Origin: a bacterium
GTDB lineage: Bacteria > SM23-31
Direction: 5' to 3'
Length of the DNA stretch: 64,000 bases
Assembly (NCBI GenBank): GCA_028278455.1
Contig: JANQEH010000308.1
Span: 13,491-77,490, forward strand
Shown here: piece by piece, positions 37,942 to 48,108 of the stretch
Position numbering within the stretch: the stretch's first letter is position 1
Layout of the letters: the number at the start of each line of letters is the position of its first letter
Notes under the pieces: generated by a model
Seen by the model: only the letters and a program-made list of their open reading frames with translations
Told to the model about the DNA's origin: nothing
Databases searched by the model: none
Program-made: the position numbers and the translations under genes

Positions 37942-38532
37942 ATGCAGAACAGCAGCAATATAGAATTAGTCAGGAAAATCCAGCGGAACCGCGATATGGT
38001 TGCTTTTCAGAGCCTTGTTACCGCTTACCAGGAAAGGCTGTATTACCTGATAAGAAAGATGGTGCAGAGCCATGAAGACAGCCAGGACCTCCTGCAGGAG
38101 GTCTTCATCAGGGCACTGACGAAAATCGACAGGCTGAGAGAGCCTGAGAAATTCAATTCCTGGATCTATAATATCGCTGTGAACATGGTAATCGATTTCA
38201 AAAGAAGGCAGCATTGGAACGGTAGAGTCTCTCTTGATGGGGATATTCCTCCGGAGATGATCTCCGATAAGCTTGTCGATAAGAAAGAAGTCGGACCTAA
38301 GAATAACGGATTCTTCGAAAAGGAACTCAGAAGCGAGCTTGACAGAGCGCTTTTGAAACTGCCGATAAACCACAGGGAGGCTTTCCTGCTGTTTCATTAC
38401 CACAAACTTCCCGTAAAAACGATCGGCGAATATATGGACTGCCCCGAATCGACCGTCAGGTCGTACATATTCAGGGCGATAAAGAAATTGCGGGTGTATT
38501 TAAAGGACTACCATGAATCAATCAAGGAGTAA
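37942..38532 (+). CDS. ECF RNA polymerase sigma factor
   Basis: AFQSLVTAYQERLY, DSQDLLQEVFI, FNSWIYNIAVN and PESTVRSYIFRA; start at ATG 37942 after an AAGGA SD. Confidence 0.93.
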   Translation: MQNSSNIELVRKIQRNRDMVAFQSLVTAYQERLYYLIRKMVQSHEDSQDLLQEVFIRALTKIDRLREPEKFNSWIYNIAVNMVIDFKRRQHWNGRVSLDGDIPPEMISDKLVDKKEVGPKNNGFFEKELRSELDRALLKLPINHREAFLLFHYHKLPVKTIGEYMDCPESTVRSYIFRAIKKLRVYLKDYHESIKE

Positions 38533-39184
38533 AAATACTTTGGACTGTAATGATATTGTTTTTTTGTTACCAGAACTATCAGGTAAAATGCTCGACGATA
38601 TGGACCGGGAAAAAGTTTTACGGCACCTCGAGAACTGCGCAGAATGCAGGGAAGAATATGCAAAGATTGAGGGATTTCTCGAACATATCCCGGTAAAAAC
38701 CGAAGAGGAACTTGCCCCGCCGGCGGATTTCTTTCCTGATATGTGGCAGAACCTGTATTCAAGAATTCAGGTAGAGGGCCTCAACAGGAAACATAACAGG
38801 ATCAACAGTATCCTGCAGTATATATCATTCCTGTTCTCCCGGAAGACTTATCAGGTTTTGACAGGAGCTGCTATCGTTGTGTTATGCGTTTCAATGTATT
38901 ACTCGATGCAGAGTGACCGGTATACGCCGCAGAAATCTCTTCTATCAGAGTTTATCAGCGGTCTGGGTATCGAGAATACTATGGGTGACTTCACGGTCGA
39001 CCTGGACAACAGGAAAAAGCAGCTCTCTAATGTACTCTCTTTCGGTATAGGTTCAGCCGAAAAACCGATCCAGGAATGGGGAGCGATCCTGAGCAGCGAG
39101 AGACGTCAGAATTTTTACGAGACTCTGACAGATTATCTTGCGGATGCCGTGATAAAACTGGATAAAGGTGAATACAACGAATAG
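38513..39184 (+). CDS. Zinc-binding (ZAS, zf-HC2) transmembrane anti-sigma factor
   Basis: HLENCAEC (HxxxCxxC) motif, single TM, overlapping the sigma gene. Confidence 0.85.
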   Translation: MNQSRSKNTLDCNDIVFLLPELSGKMLDDMDREKVLRHLENCAECREEYAKIEGFLEHIPVKTEEELAPPADFFPDMWQNLYSRIQVEGLNRKHNRINSILQYISFLFSRKTYQVLTGAAIVVLCVSMYYSMQSDRYTPQKSLLSEFISGLGIENTMGDFTVDLDNRKKQLSNVLSFGIGSAEKPIQEWGAILSSERRQNFYETLTDYLADAVIKLDKGEYNE

Positions 39185-39210
39185 ATAATAACACAGGATA
39201 GAGACTGTAT

Positions 39211-40149
39211 ATGGCTGTAATTGAATGCACAGATGTAAAGAAGACCTACAGGACAGGACTTAGAGGCAGGGTAAATGCGCTCAATGGCGTTGATCTCGAA
39301 GTAAAGGAAGGTGAGATCTTCGGCCTCCTCGGTCCGAACGGAGCAGGCAAGACTACCCTTGTGAAAATCATCCTGAACCTCGTTCACCCTACTGGTGGGA
39401 GCGTCCGGCTCCTCGGAAGTGATGTCGGAGATCACAGGATCAGAACAAAAATAGGCTATCTGCCTGAAAATCCCAACCTGCCGCCGTACCTGAAGGGCGG
39501 TCAGGCCATGGAGCTGTTCGGCAGTCTGTCAGGTCTTGATCCTGCAACAATAAAGGAAAGGTCTGCCGAACTTTTGAAAGAGGTAAAGATGGACCAGTGG
39601 GCTGACAAAAAAACATCGTCATACTCAAAGGGTATGGTCCAGAGGCTCGGACTTGCGCAATCACTTATCAATGATCCTGATGTTCTCTTCCTTGATGAAC
39701 CGACAGACGGTGTCGATCCAATAGGCAGAAGGGAGATCAGGGAAGTCTTGAAGGGCCTTAAGAAAAAAGGGAAAACAATTTTTTTAAATTCCCATCTCCT
39801 TAGCGAGACGGAGATGCTGTGCGATCATGTAGCAATTATGGAAAAAGGCAAAGTTGTTGCCGCGGGCAGCCTGGATGAACTAACAAAAACGTCGAATTAT
39901 TACAAGATAAAGTGCGACAAGATAGATGACGAAACTCTTGAGAAGCTGAAACCCCTTGCCTCAGTTAAATATTCAATAAACGGTGTGTTTGAAGCAAAAA
40001 TTGATAGTGTAACAAAACTAAATGAAGTAATAGACATGCTGAGAAGCGGTGGGCAGTTGATAGAGTCTGTTACTCCGGTCAGGCAGAGTCTCGAATCATA
40101 TTTCGTTGACCTGATAAAAGATGTCAGGGGAGAGGAGAACGGAAAATGA
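39211..40149 (+). CDS. ABC transporter ATP-binding protein
   Basis: GPNGAGKTT, YSKGMVQR, FLDEPTDGVDP and NSHLL. Confidence 0.95.
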   Translation: MAVIECTDVKKTYRTGLRGRVNALNGVDLEVKEGEIFGLLGPNGAGKTTLVKIILNLVHPTGGSVRLLGSDVGDHRIRTKIGYLPENPNLPPYLKGGQAMELFGSLSGLDPATIKERSAELLKEVKMDQWADKKTSSYSKGMVQRLGLAQSLINDPDVLFLDEPTDGVDPIGRREIREVLKGLKKKGKTIFLNSHLLSETEMLCDHVAIMEKGKVVAAGSLDELTKTSNYYKIKCDKIDDETLEKLKPLASVKYSINGVFEAKIDSVTKLNEVIDMLRSGGQLIESVTPVRQSLESYFVDLIKDVRGEENGK

Positions 40150-40973
40150 AGATACTTGCCATAATAAAAGATACATTCAGGGAGTGCATCGCCAAGAAGA
40201 TCATTCTAAGTTATGCTATAGCCAGTACTCTCGGTATGCTGATTATAAGCTTATTATTCAGTTTCGATATCGTGGGTAATGAGGTAGCGATCTCAACGAT
40301 TTTCGGAGGAAACGAGCAATGGGAATCGATCCGCCAATTTGAAGAGATCATAATTAACCTGGAAGCCGGGATTGCGATAGTAATATTCACTCTTGGGCTT
40401 TTTCTTTCGATCTTTTCAACAGCAGATCTTATCCCGAGCATGATGCTGAAGGGAAGGCTGGACCTTTACCTTTCAAAATCAATATCAAGAGTGCAGCTCC
40501 TGATAGGTAAGTTTACGGGCGCTCTCCTTGTTGTAATACTTAATATTGTGTATGCCATTGTCGGTCTCTGGCTTGTGATAGGGTTGAAGACCGGTATATG
40601 GAATGTCAATTTTCTTTATTCGGGTGTAACGATCATTTTTATGTATACGGTCATATTTACGATTGTTCTCCTGATAGGGCTTTTGTCCAGAAGCACAGCT
40701 GTTATTGTGATAGCAACCTATATGATAATAAGCGCAAGCCCGCTTCTTGCAAACAGGCAGGAGATTTTTCTTCTCCCAATCGCAAGATGGGTTGAACATG
40801 TGCTTGATTTCTTTTACTGGATACTTCCGAAATACTCTGAAACTGCCATTATCACGAAAGATCTTGTCATTGGCGAACCGATCTTCAGCTGGACGCCGGT
40901 ACTCAGCAGCGTTATAATTGGTGTAGTAGTACTGAATCTGAGTATTTATATATTTTCAAGAAAAAGTTTTTAA
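40146..40973 (+). CDS. ABC-2 transporter permease
   Basis: About 6 TM; DLYLSKSISRVQLLIGKF loop; ATGA-coupled to the ATPase. Confidence 0.88.
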   Translation: MKILAIIKDTFRECIAKKIILSYAIASTLGMLIISLLFSFDIVGNEVAISTIFGGNEQWESIRQFEEIIINLEAGIAIVIFTLGLFLSIFSTADLIPSMMLKGRLDLYLSKSISRVQLLIGKFTGALLVVILNIVYAIVGLWLVIGLKTGIWNVNFLYSGVTIIFMYTVIFTIVLLIGLLSRSTAVIVIATYMIISASPLLANRQEIFLLPIARWVEHVLDFFYWILPKYSETAIITKDLVIGEPIFSWTPVLSSVIIGVVVLNLSIYIFSRKSF

Positions 40974-40996
40974 TTTGTATTGGAAGGATCAATATC

Positions 40997-42001
40997 ATGA
41001 AAGTAAAAAATAGAATGCAAGACGCAGCAATTTCTGCTGTAATGTTTTTCCTGCTTTTTTCCTTTGCAGCATGCAATGAGTATGAGAATACAGCTGATAT
41101 GGAATTGCTAAAGCGTATACCGGATGGGGACTTTATGGTTTTTTCCGCTAAACCGAAAAGTATCATGAATTCGCAGTTTGTGGAAACTGTCATTGATATG
41201 GATGTCGGAATGGAAGATTTTATGCACAGGATCACAAGGTTTGAAAGGGAATTCGGAGTTAATCCAAGAACGGATATAGACAGATTTACCGCATTCAGTG
41301 ATGATTTCAGAGGTATTGAAGAGAATTATGGACTTTTTGTACAGGGAGATTTCCGGGAGTTCGATGCCGAAAGTGTCATCTGGGAGATGCATGCAGAAGA
41401 TACTCTGATTACTATAGCTGCTTTTGAGGTCCACAAACTGACACACCGTAAGAGGTATGAAGACAGGGTACAGTTTATGTATTACGATGACAAAGAGATC
41501 ATAGTAGCCGCAGATTATGATTTTATGGAAAAAATACTTGAACTGAAAAAAGGAACTGGATCGGATATGTCGGCGAATGCGGATTTCATCCGAAAACTTG
41601 ACAGACTAAAGAACAAGAACGATTACTGGTTCGTGATTCCAACCAACCAGCTTATTGAAGATGTGCTTGAAAAAGTAAGAGAAAGGGATCCAAGATTTTC
41701 CGGTGAGATCCTCAGGATAGAGGCTTTTTTGGGAGGATTCAGTATCGGGAATGAACTTAAGAGTAATTTTCAGGCATATAATTCAAACGAAGAACAACTC
41801 GATCTACTGTATAATCTTGCCTACAGTGCCAGGGGATTAGGAGCCCTTGCTCTGGTTGAATTCCCTGAGATAAGGGAAATTCTCAACCGGATCGAAATTA
41901 ATAAATCAACCGGGTATCTTGAGATCATGAGTACACTCACAAAGAATGATCTCGAGATGCTCGATGATCTGCATGGGAGAATGCCGTTTCGTAGACGGTA
42001 G
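40997..42001 (+). CDS. Hypothetical lipoprotein
   Basis: Hydrophobic N-terminus ending in the lipobox FAAC; last gene before a terminator. Confidence 0.65.
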   Translation: MKVKNRMQDAAISAVMFFLLFSFAACNEYENTADMELLKRIPDGDFMVFSAKPKSIMNSQFVETVIDMDVGMEDFMHRITRFEREFGVNPRTDIDRFTAFSDDFRGIEENYGLFVQGDFREFDAESVIWEMHAEDTLITIAAFEVHKLTHRKRYEDRVQFMYYDDKEIIVAADYDFMEKILELKKGTGSDMSANADFIRKLDRLKNKNDYWFVIPTNQLIEDVLEKVRERDPRFSGEILRIEAFLGGFSIGNELKSNFQAYNSNEEQLDLLYNLAYSARGLGALALVEFPEIREILNRIEINKSTGYLEIMSTLTKNDLEMLDDLHGRMPFRRR

Positions 42002-42026
42002 TAAATTCAAAAAACGGGGTTTTAAT

Positions 42027-42056
42027 AGCCTCCGGTTCTGGTCCGGAGGCTTTTTT
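42027..42056 (+). terminator. Intrinsic terminator
   Basis: AGCCTCCGG-loop-CCGGAGGCT followed by a T run. Confidence 0.85.
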
Positions 42057-42269
42057 ATTCCCGGATCTAACATTTAGCAAGAAAACAAAATATGATGTTG
42101 ATGATTGAAAATAGGGAAAATATTCATTATACACGGGTAAGCAGAGGACTTGTCAGCCTGATTCAATGCTTTGCCCTTTACTGCATTCAGTCAATGTCAT
42201 TTATAACTCTTCAATAACCATCTTTTCTAACATTCCCCCAGGCTATATCAATTATCATCGATTCTTTCA

Positions 42270-42349
42270 GTCATCCCCGTGAAAGCGGGGATCCATTTTC
42301 ACGGAATTCCTAATTAGAAATATTGATTCCTGCTTCCGTACTATTGACA
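42270..42349. repeat. REP-like palindrome pair (GTCA-tagged)
   Basis: GTCATCCCCGTGAAAGCGGGGATCCA with a decayed inverted partner GATTCCTGCTTCCGTACTATTGACA; a related unit lies at 25932-25961. Confidence 0.55.
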
Positions 42350-42447
42350 AAATTTAAATTCCGTAATAGAGATACAACGCATCAATATTACAGTAAATTG
42401 TCAATTATTTAAAACTAAAAGAACCAGAAATTATAGAATATTTTGTA

Positions 42448-42511
42448 TATTTATTCAGAAATTTAGAAACAATCACTGGAAAAATCCGTTTATTTATTCA
42501 GATATTTAGAA
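42448..42511 (+). promoter_or_regulatory. ECF-type promoter bracketed by two putative PadR operators
   Basis: 21-bp direct repeat TATTTATTCAGA(A/T)ATTTAGAA at 42448-42468 and 42491-42511, each with a TTC-N9-GAA dyad; GAAAC-N16-CGTT at 42466-42490. Confidence 0.65.
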
Positions 42512-42565
42512 TGAATAACATAAATTTTGTTCATAACTGGAAATAGACATATAAAAGAGGGCAAA

Positions 42566-42898
42566 ATGGAAATTTTAACAAAGCTGGAAGAACTGATCCT
42601 TCTCGCTGTCTGGAAGCTGAAGGAAGAGGCTTATGGTGTATCCATCTACAAACACCTGCAAAAGGTTACCGGTCAAAAGATGTCTGTAGGGAGCGTGTAT
42701 TTTCCTCTGGACCGTCTCGTAAAAAAACGTTATCTGAAAGCTATGAAAGGTGAACCGACGCCAAGACGTGGAGGGATGAGCAAAAGGTATTACCTGCTAA
42801 CGGATGCCGGTCTTAACATCCTGAATGAGACCAAGAAGGTCAATGACACTATGTGGGATGGATATACTGCTTTAAAGGAGAAAAAGGTCAGGATATGA
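42566..42898 (+). CDS. PadR-family transcriptional regulator
   Basis: LEELILLAV...AYGVSI...GSVYFPLDRL...PTPRRGGMSKRYY; start at ATG 42566 after GAGG. Confidence 0.92.
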   Translation: MEILTKLEELILLAVWKLKEEAYGVSIYKHLQKVTGQKMSVGSVYFPLDRLVKKRYLKAMKGEPTPRRGGMSKRYYLLTDAGLNILNETKKVNDTMWDGYTALKEKKVRI

Positions 42899-42899
42899 T

Positions 42900-45494
42900 A
42901 TGAGAAGGCAGCCTAAAATCTCAAGGAATCTCCTTAGATTTTTAATCGACAGGACAGAGCATTATTCACTATATGGGGATATTGAAGAGATGTATAACGA
43001 GACTGCCGTAAATAACGGCAGGTTTTATGCATTTATCTGGTATATGCTGCAGTTAATTAAAGCCATAGCAATTTATATGAATAGATCATTTTTTCAAGGA
43101 ACAATGATGTTCAAGAACTATATAAGAGTCAGCGCAAGAAACCTCATCAGAAACAAAACTTATTCAGTGATAAACATATCAGGCCTTTCTGTCGGGATAG
43201 CATGCTTTATGCTGATTATGTCATTTGTATTCTTCGAATACAGCTACGATAATTTTCATGAGAATGGTGACCGGTTGTATAGAATAGTCGAGTGGCAGAA
43301 CACGGGAGGCAGAAATCCTCAACATGTCGCACTGACAATGGGACCTCTTGCGAAATCGATCAGAGAAGATTTTCCCGAAGTGGAAAGATCTGCAAGGATA
43401 AGACGGACAAGAACTACAGTAAAGATCGATAATAAAATATTTCCTGAGAATAATGTTTTATGGGCATCTCCCGAATTTTTCGAAATGTTCAGCTTCAGAC
43501 TTTTAGCGGGTAACAGGGAAGATGTTATTACCGAACCGGGAACAGCCGTAATTTCTCAGAATGCAGCAGTTAGATATTTCGGTACAACAGAATGCATCGG
43601 AGAGACATTTATAGCATATGATAATGAAGAGTTTAAGGTTACCGGGATTGTTGAAGATGTTCCTGAAAATTCACATCTTTATTTCAATGTAGTACTGTCA
43701 TTCATTACTGTAACAGGAAGGAACGATTTTCTAAATAAGAATTGGGGATTGAATTCACTTTATACTTATATCTTATTAGCCGAGAATACTGATCCCCGTA
43801 ATTTTTCTGCAAAAATGCCCGAATATATCAATTCGAAATTTGAATATCTTCAGAAGGATGAACCTTACTGGAATTATCTCAACCTGAACCTGCAGCCCCT
43901 GGAAGATATTCATTTAAAATCTACTCATCTAAACTATGATCTTAATTACAAAAAAGGTAACCTTGAAAGCATTATAAGTTTAACAGGTGTGGCAATTCTT
44001 GTGCTGATTCTTGCCTGTATGAATTATATCAACCTTTCAACGGCAAAGTCTTCAGTCAGAGTAAAGGAAGTGGGTATCAGGAAAGTAGTCGGTGCCGGCA
44101 GAGGAGGACTGATATCACAATTTCTTGGCGAATCTATTCTTTTAACTGCAATTTCTGTGATTCTGGGTTCGATAATAGTCTATTCAGTTTTTCCGTTTTT
44201 CAGAGAGTATACCGGTAAAGAGATCACGATAGATATTTTTAACCTGAGATCAATTCTACTGTGTTCAATTTCGACATTAATTCTTGGTATTATATCTGGC
44301 TCATATCCTGCTTTCATTCTTAGCTCATTTTCGCCCGGGAATCTATTGAAAAAATCTATGTTTGGGTGGAGAGGCAGGTCATCTATGAGAAAAACCTTTG
44401 TAACTTCCCAATTCGCGATATCCTCAATAATTATTGCATTTACTATGGTGATATTTTCGCAAATCAAATATTTACTTGAAACTGATCCAGGATATAACCG
44501 TGATCATCTTCTGGTTATAGAGCTGAATAATGTGAAATATGATAAGATGAGACCATATATGTCTGAGTTGAGACAAATAAAAGGGATCACAAGTATTTCT
44601 TCTTCATCGAGTGTCCCCGGAGAGGATACACATGAATCCAGTATGCAGATCATTCAGCCGTCCGGGGTAGAGGATATGTCTATCTCTCTGCTGGCAATAG
44701 ATCATAATTTTCTGGATACTTTCGGAATTGAAGTAATAAAAGGAAGAAATTTTTTAAGAGAGTTTACTACAGATACAACGTCAAGTATCATAATAAATGA
44801 ATCCTTCGCAAAATTGTTTAACTGGGATGATCCGATAGATAAGGTGGTCAAACTCAATGGTTCAGATATGAAGGTCATAGGTGTAATAGGTGATTATCAT
44901 TACGAATCCCTTCATCATAATATTGAGCCTTTAGCTGTTATATATTATAGCCCTTACAGAAGCTATATTACTTTAAAAGTTGATAATACAGATTTGTCCG
45001 AGACAATAGGGAAAGTTAAAGAGATCTCTTCAGAAATTGATCCGGATAATCCACTGAAGTACTATTTTCTTGATGAAAGTATCCAGGAGCAATATAGTTC
45101 CGAACAACAATTAGGACAGCTTTTTAAATATTTTTCAGTTCTTGCCGTATTTATAGCTTCTCTGGGGCTCTTTGGCCTTGCAGCTTTTACTGCTGAACGT
45201 AGAACCCATGAGATAGGAGTAAGAAAGGTTCTGGGTGCATCTGGTATCAAGGTATTCTACCTGCTTTCTTCAGAATTTCTATTACTCATCTTCATATCAA
45301 ACATTATTGCCGTTCCGGCAGTTTTTCTATCAGCAGGAAAATGGCTTGATAAATTCGCATACAGGGTAGAACCTGATTGGATAATTTTCACGATACCGGT
45401 AATACTTACATTCATAGCAGCAATAATCTCGGTTGGTTTTCAATCTCTGAAAGCTTCACTTATAAACCCATCAGATAGCCTGAGATATGAATAG
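42900..45494 (+). CDS. MacB/FtsX-type duplicated ABC permease with N-terminal prefix domain (1 of 4)
   Basis: Prefix GDIEEMY...WY, then MFKNYI...INISGLSVG, NYINLSTA...KEVGIRKV, EIGVRKVLGA and SLRYE. Confidence 0.92.
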   Translation: MRRQPKISRNLLRFLIDRTEHYSLYGDIEEMYNETAVNNGRFYAFIWYMLQLIKAIAIYMNRSFFQGTMMFKNYIRVSARNLIRNKTYSVINISGLSVGIACFMLIMSFVFFEYSYDNFHENGDRLYRIVEWQNTGGRNPQHVALTMGPLAKSIREDFPEVERSARIRRTRTTVKIDNKIFPENNVLWASPEFFEMFSFRLLAGNREDVITEPGTAVISQNAAVRYFGTTECIGETFIAYDNEEFKVTGIVEDVPENSHLYFNVVLSFITVTGRNDFLNKNWGLNSLYTYILLAENTDPRNFSAKMPEYINSKFEYLQKDEPYWNYLNLNLQPLEDIHLKSTHLNYDLNYKKGNLESIISLTGVAILVLILACMNYINLSTAKSSVRVKEVGIRKVVGAGRGGLISQFLGESILLTAISVILGSIIVYSVFPFFREYTGKEITIDIFNLRSILLCSISTLILGIISGSYPAFILSSFSPGNLLKKSMFGWRGRSSMRKTFVTSQFAISSIIIAFTMVIFSQIKYLLETDPGYNRDHLLVIELNNVKYDKMRPYMSELRQIKGITSISSSSSVPGEDTHESSMQIIQPSGVEDMSISLLAIDHNFLDTFGIEVIKGRNFLREFTTDTTSSIIINESFAKLFNWDDPIDKVVKLNGSDMKVIGVIGDYHYESLHHNIEPLAVIYYSPYRSYITLKVDNTDLSETIGKVKEISSEIDPDNPLKYYFLDESIQEQYSSEQQLGQLFKYFSVLAVFIASLGLFGLAAFTAERRTHEIGVRKVLGASGIKVFYLLSSEFLLLIFISNIIAVPAVFLSAGKWLDKFAYRVEPDWIIFTIPVILTFIAAIISVGFQSLKASLINPSDSLRYE

Positions 45495-48108
45495 AAATAA
45501 TATGAATAATCCTCCCTGGCTTATAAAAAGCCTTTTGAAAGTCCTGGCAGGTAGAAAAAGCCATTACTCGTATATCGGCGATATTGAAGAGATGTATAAT
45601 GAGATCGCTTTGACAAAAGGCGTGTTTAAAGCGAAAATCTGGTATTATTTTCAGGTCTTAAAGTTTCTAACTATGTATTTCTATGAATCTGTTATTTGGA
45701 GAACAGCTATGTTCAAGAATTATCTGAAGATTGCATTCAGAAATATTTTGAGGCATAAGGGGTACTCATTTATTAATATTGCCGGGCTTTCAGTAGGAAT
45801 GGCGGTCAGTATTCTAATATTCAGCTATATCCGTTTTGAGACGAGTTATGACAGGCATCATTCAAAAGCCGACAGAATCTACAGGGTGACTCTTGATGCT
45901 GATGTGGGAGGGAGGATACTGAATGCCGCTACCTCAAATGCGCCTACAGCAGAACACCTTGTAAAGGATTACCCCGAGGTTTCTAACGCATGCAGGTTCT
46001 GGTATAACGGCAGGGTTACTGTTAATTATAAGGATATCCTATTTGAAGAAGAATCTGTTTTTCATGCGGATAATTCCGTTTTTGATATATTCGATTATGA
46101 AATCACAAAAGGAGACACCAGAAATCCTCTTGTCAAACCTTATACCGTGGTGCTGACCGAAAATATTGCGGATAAATATTTCAGAGACGAAGATCCTGTC
46201 GGGAAAATGATCGTGATTGGTGGAAGCAGGGAATACCTTGTAACAGCAGTAATGAAAGATATTCCCGTAAATTCATATAACAGATTTCAAATGCTAATAT
46301 CACTCGAGACAAGGAATCAGCGTTTTCCAGACCAGATGAAGAGATGGGTTCCGTTCATGTATCACACGTACATACTGCTGGATGAAGATGCAGATTTTAA
46401 ACAGTTCGAGGCAAAACTTCCAGATTTTGTAGACAGATATATGAGCGATATGCTGGAAGCGATAGGGGGATCAGCGACTTTTGGCCTTCAGCCTTTGAAG
46501 AGCATACATCTTAATTCAAACCTGGAGGGTGAGCTGGCAGGAAACAGTGATATCAGGTATATATATCTGCTTTCGATAATAGCTGTTTTTATCATTTGTC
46601 TTGCATGCATTAATTTCATGAATCTTTCAACAGCAAAGTCATCCGGGCGATCCCGGGAAGTAGGTATACGAAAAGTTCTTGGCGCCGAGAAAAAAAGGCT
46701 TGTAAGTCAGTTCATCGGAGAATCTGTGATATATAGTCTCTTTTCTCTGTTATCTGCGTTATTACTGGTAAAGCTTGCTGAACCGTTTTTCAATTCCATT
46801 TCCGGTATCGAGCTTCAACTTGATTATATCATGGAACCTGCATTCATACTGTCTTTTATCTGTTTCGCCGTTTTTACCGGAATATCTGCAGGTAGTTATC
46901 CGGCATTCTTTCTCGCCGCGTTCAAACCTGTTGCAGTATTGAAAAGTAAATTTGCCGGGGGCCGGGAAAACGCCTCGTTTCGTAATTTCCTTGTCGGTTT
47001 TCAGTTTGTAGTTTCCATATCGCTGATAATAGGTTCGATGGTTATCTACAGTCAGCTGAATTATATGAAGAAAAGAAACCTTGGATTTAGCAAAGAGCAG
47101 ATTTTGATTTTGCCGGTCAGGAATTTAGAAATGAGCAGCCTGGAATCTCTTAAAAACGAAATGATGTCGTTTCACGGAGTTTTGGGTGCCGCGGGATCTT
47201 CTTCGATACCGGGTATGGATACAAATGTCGATGTTTTTGTACCGGAAGGTTATTCTGAAGCGAATAAGCATGTAATGATGGCTGTCAGGGTTGATCATGA
47301 TTATCTAACGACTTACGGAATGGAATTGGTTCAGGGCAGGAATTTTAACCAGGATACAGGAACTGATTTGCAGAATGCGGTTATCATTAACGAAACGGCG
47401 GCGGCGAGATTCGGTTGGGATAATGCTGTAGGTAAGGAAATAAAATCATTTACCAACAATGAACTTAACGAATTTCAAGTGCAGACAGTTGTAGGTGTTG
47501 TAAAGGATTATCACCACTATTCTCTCCACAAAGAGATCGATCCTATTCTTATCGACTATAGTTTTACTGAGATAGGACATGTTTCTTTCAAGTTGAGGCC
47601 TGGAATGGAAACCGAAAGCCTGGTTTTTCTGGAGAACAAATGGAAAGAACTTTATCCTGACCGCCCGATTAATAGTTTTTTTCTCGATGATTCATTCAAC
47701 AGGCAGTATAGATTCGATGAGCAATTGGGGAAGCTTTTCTTTTATTTTACTCTTCTGGCTGTATTTATCGCCTGCCTTGGTTTATTCGGATTGTCTTCCT
47801 ACAACGCTGAACAGAGGATCAAGGAGATAGGGATCCGGAAATCTCTTGGGGCAAAAGTTTCAGGAATTCTATATCTACTGAACAGAGAACTTCTAATCCT
47901 TATTACTTTAGCGAATTTGATTTCCTGGCCTATCGCTTTTATACTTCTGGATTTCTGGCTGAGTTCATTTCCGTATCAGGCCGGGATAGATGTCTTAACA
48001 TTTCTATCTGCCGGTGCTCTAACTCTAATTGTCTCATTTCTAACAGTCAGTTTTCAATCGATAAAGGCATCACTCATGAATCCTGTTGACAGCCTGAGGT
48101 ATGAATAA
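45487..48108 (+). CDS. MacB/FtsX-type duplicated ABC permease with N-terminal prefix domain (2 of 4)
   Basis: PPWL...GDIEEMY prefix, CINFMNLSTA, REVGIRKVLGA and NPVDSLRYE. Confidence 0.92.
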   Translation: MNRNNMNNPPWLIKSLLKVLAGRKSHYSYIGDIEEMYNEIALTKGVFKAKIWYYFQVLKFLTMYFYESVIWRTAMFKNYLKIAFRNILRHKGYSFINIAGLSVGMAVSILIFSYIRFETSYDRHHSKADRIYRVTLDADVGGRILNAATSNAPTAEHLVKDYPEVSNACRFWYNGRVTVNYKDILFEEESVFHADNSVFDIFDYEITKGDTRNPLVKPYTVVLTENIADKYFRDEDPVGKMIVIGGSREYLVTAVMKDIPVNSYNRFQMLISLETRNQRFPDQMKRWVPFMYHTYILLDEDADFKQFEAKLPDFVDRYMSDMLEAIGGSATFGLQPLKSIHLNSNLEGELAGNSDIRYIYLLSIIAVFIICLACINFMNLSTAKSSGRSREVGIRKVLGAEKKRLVSQFIGESVIYSLFSLLSALLLVKLAEPFFNSISGIELQLDYIMEPAFILSFICFAVFTGISAGSYPAFFLAAFKPVAVLKSKFAGGRENASFRNFLVGFQFVVSISLIIGSMVIYSQLNYMKKRNLGFSKEQILILPVRNLEMSSLESLKNEMMSFHGVLGAAGSSSIPGMDTNVDVFVPEGYSEANKHVMMAVRVDHDYLTTYGMELVQGRNFNQDTGTDLQNAVIINETAAARFGWDNAVGKEIKSFTNNELNEFQVQTVVGVVKDYHHYSLHKEIDPILIDYSFTEIGHVSFKLRPGMETESLVFLENKWKELYPDRPINSFFLDDSFNRQYRFDEQLGKLFFYFTLLAVFIACLGLFGLSSYNAEQRIKEIGIRKSLGAKVSGILYLLNRELLILITLANLISWPIAFILLDFWLSSFPYQAGIDVLTFLSAGALTLIVSFLTVSFQSIKASLMNPVDSLRYE